This document shows positions 8,387-15,913 of a DNA stretch of 64,000 nt, piece by piece. The DNA is from Clostridia bacterium (lineage in GTDB: Bacteria; Bacillota; Clostridia; Christensenellales; DTU072): the NCBI GenBank assembly GCA_045601385.1, contig JAZRZM010000005.1, positions 823 through 64,822 on the forward strand, read 5' to 3'. Below the pieces are notes generated by a model. That model was not told the DNA's origin. It was given only the letters and a program-made list of their open reading frames with translations, and did not search any database. Position numbers and translations under genes: made by a program. Each line of letters starts with the position of its first letter. Position 1 is the stretch's first letter.

Positions 8387-10153
8387 TTATGCGGCGGTTT
8401 CGTCTTCCGCGACGGCGGCAGTGACGCCTTTGGCGGTGTTTTCCTGCCGAGCAAGTATTTCGCTGATTTTCTTTTTATCGAGTTTTAACTGCGAGAAGAT
8501 GATGATACCGGCACCGACGAAGACGGTCACGCCGATACAAAGGATCCAACCGATACCGTCGCAAGCCTCTTTCGGTTGCGTCGCGTTACCGCTGACAAAA
8601 TGAATGGTGTCGAGAAGAGCGGTCGAAACGGCGGTGATGATGCCTTGTCCGGCTTTGTAGCAGAAAGTCATGACGCCCGCGTAAGTACCCGTTTGATCCC
8701 GTCCCGTCAGATCTTTCTGAATGACGACGACGTCGCCGACCAAAGCGAGCGGCATCGAGTACAAAACGCCCGTACCGGCGCCGGCGATCATGAGCGACGG
8801 CGCGAGAATGACGACGCCCCACCAACTCTTATCGGTAGCCAAAATCGCGTTGATATTGTCGCGGCAAAGGAAGCAGATAAACAGAACGATACAGCCGATA
8901 AAACTGACGATAAGTCCGGCAAACATCGAAAACTGCTTTGACTTTACCTTGGACAGTTTCATCCAAACGGGTTGACAACCGATCGTGCAAAGGAGAAGCG
9001 CGCCCATCAAAACGTACATCTGAATCGTTTTCAGTTGGAAAGTAAACGTAAAGACGTTAAAACCGAGCGAGATAATCAACGTCGCGCTCATCATAGCGAC
9101 GACATAGCCGATCGCGATGGTACGCATTTCTTTAATCTTGAACGTACCGAAAAAGTTGCGGAGGACATTGCCGAGAGTGATTTGTCCGTCGTCGGCGCGT
9201 TTCTTTTGCAGAAGACTGCGTACTTCGCGGTTGGTCGGATTCTTTTTGCCCGAATCGATCAATTCTTGACGGCATTCTTCCATGGTGTGTTCTTTCTTGG
9301 GCGCGTTGAGGTCGATTCCTTTTTCGATCGCTTCTTTCATTTCGCGATCTTGCAAAATCTTGATATAACGCTTGGTTACAAGAAGCAGGAAAGCGCTCGT
9401 AACGACGGTGATCGCCGTGCCGACCAAAGCAAAGTCACGGTAGCCTTGCGCGACTTGCTGACCTTTTCTGAAATCAAGTCCCGTCAGACCTTTTGCCGCG
9501 ATTTCCGCTTCGGAGAGGGCGTCTTTCGTCTTATAAACGAGTTCGGAGCCGTTGTAATATCCGGCGTACTTATTCTGGAACGAACCCATAACGACGACGC
9601 AAAGGAGCATACCGATGATATAAAGAACCGAACGAACCGCCTGAATCGTCGTCCGCTCGTTGTAATCCATACTGATTTCCACGCTGAACGCGCCTACGGG
9701 CGTGTAATACATCGTATTAAACGTACGCAAAAGAATCAAAAACACGGTAAACCAAATAAAAATACCCGCCGCTCCCATCGTTTCGTACGGTATGTACCAA
9801 ACGGCAAGCGCCGTCGCCATCATTCCGATCAAGCCGATCAACATAAACAAATGACGTTTGCCGAAAACCTTACTGTTGAAGTGGTCGGAAATAAAGCCCA
9901 TAATCGGATCGCTGATCGCGTCAAAGATGACTGCGATACCCACGGCAATGCCCATCAAAGCGGCGGTAAAACCTCTTTCTCCCACACCCGGAAGAGCCAT
10001 CGTACCGAAAGTCGTGATATACGTCGCGACGGTGCTGCTGATTAAGCCGTATCCGAAATCGCCGAGTCCCAACGCGACCATATCGAGTTTACGCACGCGC
10101 GTACCACCCTTATCGTCCGTGAACCCACTGAAAAACTTTTTTATAGCATTCAT
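8387..10153 (-). CDS. MFS transporter, glycoside-pentoside-hexuronide (MelB-like) type with an enlarged central loop
   Basis: 588 aa. N-terminus LDMVALGLGDFGYGLISSTVATYITTFG is typical of GPH/MFS_2 carriers. A charged insert of about 70 aa (KILQDREMKEAIEKG...RADDGQITLGN) lies between the two six-helix halves. Confidence 0.75.
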   Translation of the reverse strand: MNAIKKFFSGFTDDKGGTRVRKLDMVALGLGDFGYGLISSTVATYITTFGTMALPGVGERGFTAALMGIAVGIAVIFDAISDPIMGFISDHFNSKVFGKRHLFMLIGLIGMMATALAVWYIPYETMGAAGIFIWFTVFLILLRTFNTMYYTPVGAFSVEISMDYNERTTIQAVRSVLYIIGMLLCVVVMGSFQNKYAGYYNGSELVYKTKDALSEAEIAAKGLTGLDFRKGQQVAQGYRDFALVGTAITVVTSAFLLLVTKRYIKILQDREMKEAIEKGIDLNAPKKEHTMEECRQELIDSGKKNPTNREVRSLLQKKRADDGQITLGNVLRNFFGTFKIKEMRTIAIGYVVAMMSATLIISLGFNVFTFTFQLKTIQMYVLMGALLLCTIGCQPVWMKLSKVKSKQFSMFAGLIVSFIGCIVLFICFLCRDNINAILATDKSWWGVVILAPSLMIAGAGTGVLYSMPLALVGDVVVIQKDLTGRDQTGTYAGVMTFCYKAGQGIITAVSTALLDTIHFVSGNATQPKEACDGIGWILCIGVTVFVGAGIIIFSQLKLDKKKISEILARQENTAKGVTAAVAEDETAA

Positions 10154-10301
10154 TTTTCTGCGTCTCCTTTAAACAAAATTGCGTTTCTTATAGTATACAT
10201 CAAAGCGCATTTTTTGAAAAGGGGGCAAATTGCCACAGCAGAGAGTTTACCGAAAGTTTTTTTACTTTGATCAACCGTTTAGTCCCGCATCCTAAAAACA
10301 G

Positions 10302-10330
10302 TTGCATTCCCGCATATTTCGTGATATACT
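10302..10330 (+). promoter_or_regulatory. promoter of the stand-alone tRNA-Gly gene
   Basis: TTGCAT (10302-07), 17 nt, TATACT (10325-30), 18 nt upstream of the tRNA 5' end. Confidence 0.6.
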
Positions 10331-10347
10331 GTAAATGCATTCGATAT

Positions 10348-10421
10348 GCAGGTGTAGTTCATCGGTAGAATGCGAGCTTCCCAAGCTTGAGAGGAGGGTC
10401 CGACTCCCTTCACCTGCTCCA
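10348..10421 (+). tRNA. tRNA-Gly (anticodon CCC), CCA encoded
   Basis: Hand-folded cloverleaf. Acceptor GCAGGUG/CACCUGC, D-arm GUUC-AUCGGUA-GAAU, anticodon arm CGAGC-UUCCCAA-GCUUG, T-arm GAGGG-UCCGACU-CCCUU, discriminator U, then CCA. The T-loop has C where U55 is normally invariant. Confidence 0.85.
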
Positions 10422-10430
10422 CAATAAAAA

Positions 10431-10458
10431 AACCGCACGGAGAGTCGTGCGGTTTTTG
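10431..10458 (+). terminator. rho-independent terminator after tRNA-Gly
   Basis: AACCGCACG-gagagt-CGUGCGGUU followed by a U-run. Confidence 0.8.
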
Positions 10459-10584
10459 TTATCGAACTCTATTATGGGAGTCGGACGGGCGGACAGGCGA
10501 CATATACGCTTTTTCGCACTGTTGTCGCCGTAATTGACAACACAGTGCGTTGTCATACCGCCCCGGCCTGTCGGCGAGCGATAG

Positions 10585-10650
10585 CGAGAGTGCGAGGGAC
10601 TCCTTCACCTGCTCCATAATTAAAACCACACGGTGCTCTGTGCGGTTTTT
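10585..10650 (+). repeat. degenerate second copy of the tRNA-Gly 3' end plus its terminator
   Basis: GAGGGACTCCTTCACCTGCTCCATAATTAAAACCACACGGTGCTCTGTGCGGTTTTTT compared with GAGGGTCCGACTCCCTTCACCTGCTCCACAATAAAAAAACCGCACGGAGAGTCGTGCGGTTTTT at 10394-10457. No matching 5' acceptor half. Confidence 0.75.
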
Positions 10651-10705
10651 TATTATCAAACTCATAAGGACAAAATATTTTTCGCAAAGTTCAGAATATA
10701 AAAAA

Positions 10706-10945
10706 ACGGAACGCCGCTGTACCGACGTACCGCAAGCGAACGCCTCGTTTTGAATCACAAAGCAAAGAACGGAGAATTGAGAGAGATTTCGGACGAAACG
10801 GAACGCCGCTGTACCGGAGTACTGCAAGTGAACGTTTCGTTTTGAATCACAAAGCAAAGAACGGAGAATTGAGTGGGATTTCGGACGAAACGGAACGCCG
10901 CTGTACCGGAGTACTGCAAGTGAACGCTTCGTTCAAAATCACCTC
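10706..10945. repeat. 92-bp tandem repeat, about 2.6 copies
   Basis: ACGGAACGCCGCTGTACC begins at 10706, 10798 and 10890, an exact 92-bp period. Copies 1 and 2 differ at a handful of positions and copy 3 is truncated. Confidence 0.9.
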
Positions 10946-10960
10946 AATTATCCGTTCTGC

Positions 10961-12010
10961 TTATAAATTCGGGTTGGCGTCGAGACCCAACTTTGCCGGG
11001 GGGATTCCTTCTTTTATGGCAAAGAAAGCCGCTTCCCCGATCATCGCCGCATTATCGGTGCAAAGATGTCGCGGCGGCAATAACGCCGTGATACCGTACT
11101 TCGCCGCCTCCGCCGTGATCCCTTCACGCAAAGCGGAATTGGCACCAACGCCGCCGGCGACGGCGATTTTTTTGACTTTACATGCTCGCGCCGCGCGGAT
11201 CGCGTTTTCGATCAGCATTCCCGTCGCTCTTTTTTGAAAAGAACAGGCGACGTCGCTTTTATTGACAGGGATACCTTTTTGCTCGCAGGTATGGACGTAA
11301 TTGATAACGGCTGTTTTGATGCCGGAGTAGGAAAAGTTATAGGTCTTCTCGCCTTTGAACGGTCGCGGCAGGTCGATACAGTCGGTACCGTCTTTTGCGC
11401 ACGCCTCGATCTGCGGACCGCCCGGATAAGGCAAGCCGATGACGCGAGCCACTTTATCGAACGCCTCTCCGGCGGCGTCGTCCGCCGTTTGTCCGAGAAG
11501 GCGCATATCGCCATAACTTCTGACATCCAAAATTTCCGTGTGTCCGCCGCTTGCGAGAAGGCACAAAAAAGGAAAGTTAAGATTTTCGTGCGCAAGAAAA
11601 TTGGCGCAGACGTGACCTTTGATATGGTCGATGGCAACGAGAGGTTTATCCAAAGCGAAAGCAAGCGATTTGGCATACGAAACACCGACCAAAAGGGCAC
11701 CCAAAAGCCCAGCACCGTACGTGACGGCAATGACGTCGATATCTTGCAGAGTGAGGTGAGAATCGGCAAGCGCTTCTTCGACGAGAGTATCGATCGCCAA
11801 CACGTGATTACGGGAAGCGATCTCGGGGACAACGCCTCCGAAGCGTTTATGTATATCTATTTGCGAATTGATTTTGTTACTGATGATTTCTCTGCCGCGC
11901 ACGACGGCGACAGCCGTCTCGTCGCAACTCGATTCAAACGCAAGAATATAATAGTCGTCTCGCGCGCGGAGCGCGTCAAGCTTACGCACCGCTCTTTCAT
12001 AGTATGACAT
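10961..12010 (-). CDS. tsaD: tRNA N6-adenosine threonylcarbamoyltransferase
   Basis: ILAFESSCDETAVAVV, GVVPEIASRNH, HIKGH and GGVGANSALR are Kae1/TsaD hallmarks. 349 aa. Confidence 0.95.
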   Translation of the reverse strand: MSYYERAVRKLDALRARDDYYILAFESSCDETAVAVVRGREIISNKINSQIDIHKRFGGVVPEIASRNHVLAIDTLVEEALADSHLTLQDIDVIAVTYGAGLLGALLVGVSYAKSLAFALDKPLVAIDHIKGHVCANFLAHENLNFPFLCLLASGGHTEILDVRSYGDMRLLGQTADDAAGEAFDKVARVIGLPYPGGPQIEACAKDGTDCIDLPRPFKGEKTYNFSYSGIKTAVINYVHTCEQKGIPVNKSDVACSFQKRATGMLIENAIRAARACKVKKIAVAGGVGANSALREGITAEAAKYGITALLPPRHLCTDNAAMIGEAAFFAIKEGIPPAKLGLDANPNL

Positions 12011-12013
12011 AGT

Positions 12014-13111
12014 TTAACTCTTCTTCAAATATTCGATAATAAAGTCCTGAATGTCGCCGTCCATTACCGCGTTGACGTTGCTGTTTTCGTAGCCCGTGCG
12101 GTGGTCTTTGACGAGGGTATACGGACAGAAGACGTAACTTCTTATCTGACTGCCCCACTCGATTTTTTTCAGTTCGCCCTTAATGGACTGCGCCTCTTCG
12201 AGTTGTTCTCTCTCGCGCATTTCGGTCAGTTTTCCGATGAGGATACGCATCGCCATTTCTTTATTCTGCAACTGGCTCCGCTCGTTCTGACAAGCGACGA
12301 CGATACCGGTGGCAAGGTGCGTGATACGGACGGCGGAGGATACTTTGTTGACGTTCTGACCGCCCGCGCCGCCGCTTCGGTAAGTATCGACGCGTATTTC
12401 TTCGGGACGGACGACGATATCGCTGACGTCGGTGATTTCCGGCATGACTTCGAGACTGGAAAAAGAGGTGTGACGACGTTTGTTCGCGTCAAACGGCGAT
12501 ATACGCACCAAACGGTGCACGCCCATTTCGGCGCGGAGATAGCCGTAGGCGTTTTCTCCCGAAACCATAAAAGTCACGCTCTTTATTCCGGCTTCTTCGC
12601 CGTCGAGAAGATCGAGAACGCTTACTTTGTACCCTTGTCTTTCGGCATAGCGCGTATACATACGGAAAAGCATGCCCGTCCAGTCCTGCGCCTCGGTTCC
12701 GCCCGCCCCGGCATGGAGCGTCAGAATCGCGTTGTTGGCGTCGTATTTTCCGCGAAGCAACGCTTCGATACGGAGTTGTCCGACCAAATCGGTGATTTCG
12801 TCCACCGTTTTCAGGACGGCTTCCACTTCGCCTTCTTCCTGCATTTCCTCTACGAGCGCGACAAGTTCCACCGTGTCGTCAACCTGTTTTTTTACGTCGT
12901 AAAACCGTTTTACTTTTCTTTCGCACGTAGCGAGTTCGCGACTGTTCTTGGTTGCTCTTTCGGTATCGTCCCAAAAGTGTTCTTCATTCTGCTCTTCTTT
13001 AAGAAGGGCGATTTTATTTTCCGCCTCGGCAATACCGGTCGCGTCAAAAAGAACGCGGACGTCTTCCTGCAAAGCGGCAAGTTGTTGCTTTTGCGCGTAA
13101 AAATCTACCAT
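12014..13111 (-). CDS. prfB: peptide chain release factor 2 (single uninterrupted frame)
   Basis: SPF tripeptide (RISPFDANKRRHTSF) and GGQ (SGGAGGQNVNKV). 365 aa. AAGGAG lies upstream of the ATG at 13111. Confidence 0.95.
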   Translation of the reverse strand: MVDFYAQKQQLAALQEDVRVLFDATGIAEAENKIALLKEEQNEEHFWDDTERATKNSRELATCERKVKRFYDVKKQVDDTVELVALVEEMQEEGEVEAVLKTVDEITDLVGQLRIEALLRGKYDANNAILTLHAGAGGTEAQDWTGMLFRMYTRYAERQGYKVSVLDLLDGEEAGIKSVTFMVSGENAYGYLRAEMGVHRLVRISPFDANKRRHTSFSSLEVMPEITDVSDIVVRPEEIRVDTYRSGGAGGQNVNKVSSAVRITHLATGIVVACQNERSQLQNKEMAMRILIGKLTEMREREQLEEAQSIKGELKKIEWGSQIRSYVFCPYTLVKDHRTGYENSNVNAVMDGDIQDFIIEYLKKS

Positions 13112-13125
13112 AAAAAAGTTACTCC

Positions 13126-15789
13126 TTATTTCCGACCGCAGCAGTCCTTATATTTTTTGCCCGATCCGCACGGACAGGGAGAATTGCTCTTGATGCCCAT
13201 TCTCTGTTCGTTCTGACGGACTCTTTTTTCTTCAAAGGCGTTCTTGCGTTCGACCGTTTTTTCCATATCTATCTTGCACAGGAAAATCGCGACGTTATTC
13301 TGAATGGCGGTAACCATATCTTCAAACATGTCGCTACCCTCTTTTCTGTATTCGGTGACCGGATCGACGTGACCGATACTTCTGAGTCCGATACCTTTCC
13401 GCAAAAGATCCATATTGTCAATATGCTCCATCCAGTTGCGATCGACTTGATTCAGAAGAACGGAACGCTCCACTTCCTTGAAATCCATATCGTTTTCTTC
13501 GGCGAGTCTGCACTTGGCGTCATACTGCCGCACCGCCTCGGCGCTTATTTCGTCGGTAATCTTCTGATAGTTCCTGTGACCGACAAGTTCGGGCGTGACA
13601 AAATTTGTCCCCGGTTTGAGGACGCGCTGTTCGAGCGCGCGATTGAACGCGTCGTAATCGACCGTCGTCTCGTCGTTGCCACCTTCAAAACTGACAAATT
13701 CGGCTACCGTATCGGCAATTACGGGTTCCATATATTTCAAAACCTGTTCGTGTACGTCCGCGCCGTTTAACACGTCGTTACGTTGGGAATAAATCAGTTT
13801 TCTCTGTTTATTCATGACGTCGTCGTAATTAAGAACGTTTCTGCGGATAGCGAAGTTATTGTTTTCGCAGGCTTTCTGCGCGCGTTCGATTTGTTTGGAA
13901 ATGACGCCCGCCTGAATGACCGTATCCTCGTCGCCGCCGGTCAGAGAAGACATAAGCGACTTCATTCTGTCGCCGCCGAAGCGTCTCATCAATTCGTCTT
14001 CAAAAGAAAGGTAGAAGCAGGTACTGCCCTCGTCGCCCTGACGACCGCTACGACCGCGCAACTGGTTGTCGATACGGCGCGACTCGTGACGGGAAGTACC
14101 GATGACGCGAAGTCCGCCGAGTTCTTTGACTTTTTGGTGTTCTTCTTCCGTCTCTTTCTTGTATTTTTCGACAAGGTGGAGATAGTGCTCGCGCGCACGG
14201 ATTTCTTCTTCGTCGAAAAGCGCGTTATAAGCGGACGCCACGCTGATGATTTCTTCTTTATACCCTTCCTTTCTCATTGCCTCTTTCGCCATGTATTCGG
14301 GATTGCCGCCGAGCAAGATGTCGGTACCGCGCCCTGCCATGTTGGTCGCAATCGTCACCGCGCCGACTCTTCCGGCTTGGGCGATGATATAGGCTTCGTC
14401 TTCGTTGCTTTTTGCGTTCAGGACGCGGTTAGCGATTCTTTCCCGACTGAGCCTGCGCGAAATCAGTTCGCTGACGTCCACGTCAACCGTGCCGACCAAG
14501 ATAGGCTGTCCCGTCTCGTGCGTCCTTTTGACTTCCGCGACGACCGCCTTATACTTGGCTTCCGCCGTGGCGTAGATTTTGTCGGCTTCGTCCCGACGGA
14601 TGTTGGGCAAATTGGACGGAATCACGACGACGTCGAGACCGTATATTCCTTTGAATTCCGGCTCTTCCGTCTTTGCCGTACCCGTCATACCCGACAGTTT
14701 TTTATACAAACGAAAATAGTTTTGGAACGTAATCGTCGCGATCGTGCGGTTTTCGCGTTTAATGCGCACCCCTTCTTTGGCTTCGATCGCCTGGTGCAAA
14801 CCTTCCGAGTAGCGCCGTCCTTCCATTTTGCGCCCGGTAAACTCGTCCACGATGACGACCTCGCCGTTTTCGACGATGTAGTCCTGGTCGGCAAACATCA
14901 AAAAGTTCGCGCGCAAAGCGTTATTGATTTTTTTATTCAAGTCGGGATTACTGCCGTCGGCAAGACCTTGACGGAAGTAGCGTTCGGCTTTTTCAAGTCC
15001 CTCTTCGGTAAGGTAAATATGTTTGTCCTTTTCTTCGATGGTATAGTCGCCCTCTTTCAGAATCCGCATAAACCGCTGACACTCGGCATAGATTTCACCC
15101 GAAGCCCCGGCAGGCGCGGAAATAATAAGCGGCGTACGCGCTTCGTCGATCAGAATGCTGTCCACTTCGTCGACGATGGCAAACGCATGACCGCGTTGCA
15201 TTACTTTGCTTTTATGCGTCGCCATATTGTCGCGCAGATAGTCGAACCCGAGTTCGTTGTTGGTACAATAGGTAATGTCGCACGCATAAGCCGCTTTTTT
15301 CTGCTCGAAACTCATATTCGGCAGAATACATCCGACCGTCAAACCGAGAAAACGGAATACTTTGCCCATCCAATCGGCGTCGCGCTTGGCAAGATAATCG
15401 TTGACGGTAACGACATGCACGCCCTCTCCCGTCAAAGCGTTCAGATATGCCGGCAAAGTCGCCACAAGCGTTTTTCCTTCGCCCGTTTTCATTTCGGCGA
15501 TGCGCCCCTGATGAAGCACGATACCGCCGAGGATCTGCACGTCGAAGTGGCGCATTTTCAGCACACGCCACGCGCCCTCCCGTACGACGGCATACGCGTC
15601 GGGCAAAATCGCGTCAAGCGTCTCTCCGCTTTGCAAACGTTTTTTCAGCACGTCCGTCTGCATGCGCAGTTCTTCGTCGCTCATCGCCTTATAAAGGTTT
15701 TCTTTTTCGTTGACCTTTACAACGGTCTTCTGCAATTTCGCTATGGCTTTCTTTTGTTCGCGCTCGGCAAAAAACTGAACCAAACACAT
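13126..15789 (-). CDS. secA: preprotein translocase ATPase SecA
   Basis: 887 aa. MKTGEGKTL Walker A, DEVDSILIDEARTPLIIS, and the C-terminal zinc motif CPCGSGKKYKDCCG. Confidence 0.97.
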   Translation of the reverse strand: MCLVQFFAEREQKKAIAKLQKTVVKVNEKENLYKAMSDEELRMQTDVLKKRLQSGETLDAILPDAYAVVREGAWRVLKMRHFDVQILGGIVLHQGRIAEMKTGEGKTLVATLPAYLNALTGEGVHVVTVNDYLAKRDADWMGKVFRFLGLTVGCILPNMSFEQKKAAYACDITYCTNNELGFDYLRDNMATHKSKVMQRGHAFAIVDEVDSILIDEARTPLIISAPAGASGEIYAECQRFMRILKEGDYTIEEKDKHIYLTEEGLEKAERYFRQGLADGSNPDLNKKINNALRANFLMFADQDYIVENGEVVIVDEFTGRKMEGRRYSEGLHQAIEAKEGVRIKRENRTIATITFQNYFRLYKKLSGMTGTAKTEEPEFKGIYGLDVVVIPSNLPNIRRDEADKIYATAEAKYKAVVAEVKRTHETGQPILVGTVDVDVSELISRRLSRERIANRVLNAKSNEDEAYIIAQAGRVGAVTIATNMAGRGTDILLGGNPEYMAKEAMRKEGYKEEIISVASAYNALFDEEEIRAREHYLHLVEKYKKETEEEHQKVKELGGLRVIGTSRHESRRIDNQLRGRSGRQGDEGSTCFYLSFEDELMRRFGGDRMKSLMSSLTGGDEDTVIQAGVISKQIERAQKACENNNFAIRRNVLNYDDVMNKQRKLIYSQRNDVLNGADVHEQVLKYMEPVIADTVAEFVSFEGGNDETTVDYDAFNRALEQRVLKPGTNFVTPELVGHRNYQKITDEISAEAVRQYDAKCRLAEENDMDFKEVERSVLLNQVDRNWMEHIDNMDLLRKGIGLRSIGHVDPVTEYRKEGSDMFEDMVTAIQNNVAIFLCKIDMEKTVERKNAFEEKRVRQNEQRMGIKSNSPCPCGSGKKYKDCCGRK

Positions 15790-15913
15790 AAGGCAAACAC
15801 CCCTCTTATATTAAATATTTTTTACAGTATACCATATATTTTTGCGAAACACAAACGATATAAAACAAAAACCCGCCCCGTCAGCGGAGCGGGTTTGAAT
15901 AAAAAAAACTTCT

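Noticed and set aside
10459-10617. tmRNA (ssrA) or another tRNA-like RNA ending in the second ...CACCTGCTCCA copy.
   Set aside because: There is no 5' sequence complementary to the acceptor 3' strand and no tag-peptide reading frame. The T-arm is deleted and the region is too short (about 160 nt). It is treated as a degenerate tRNA 3' fragment.
10348-10660. An integrated prophage or genomic island at the tRNA-Gly gene.
   Set aside because: Only 165 bp separate the duplicated tRNA 3' ends. No integrase, excisionase or phage genes occur within several kb.
10459-10857. 132-aa minus-strand ORF across the tRNA-fragment and repeat region.
   Set aside because: It runs through repeat units and terminator hairpins. 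It has no SD and an implausible Cys/Arg/Phe-rich composition.
10706-10945. CRISPR array interpretation of the 92-bp and 160-bp tandem repeats (the latter at 38837-39270).
   Set aside because: The units are directly contiguous with no unique spacers. Unit lengths are far above 25-50 bp, and no cas genes are in the window.
13030-13111. Programmed +1 frameshift site expected in prfB.
   Set aside because: The RF2 reading frame is continuous from the ATG at 13111 (MVDFYAQKQQLAALQEDVRVLFDATGIAEAENK...) through the region that aligns with the E. coli/B. subtilis shift site. No in-frame UGA is present. Frameshift-less prfB is known in a minority of bacteria, so this is not novel.
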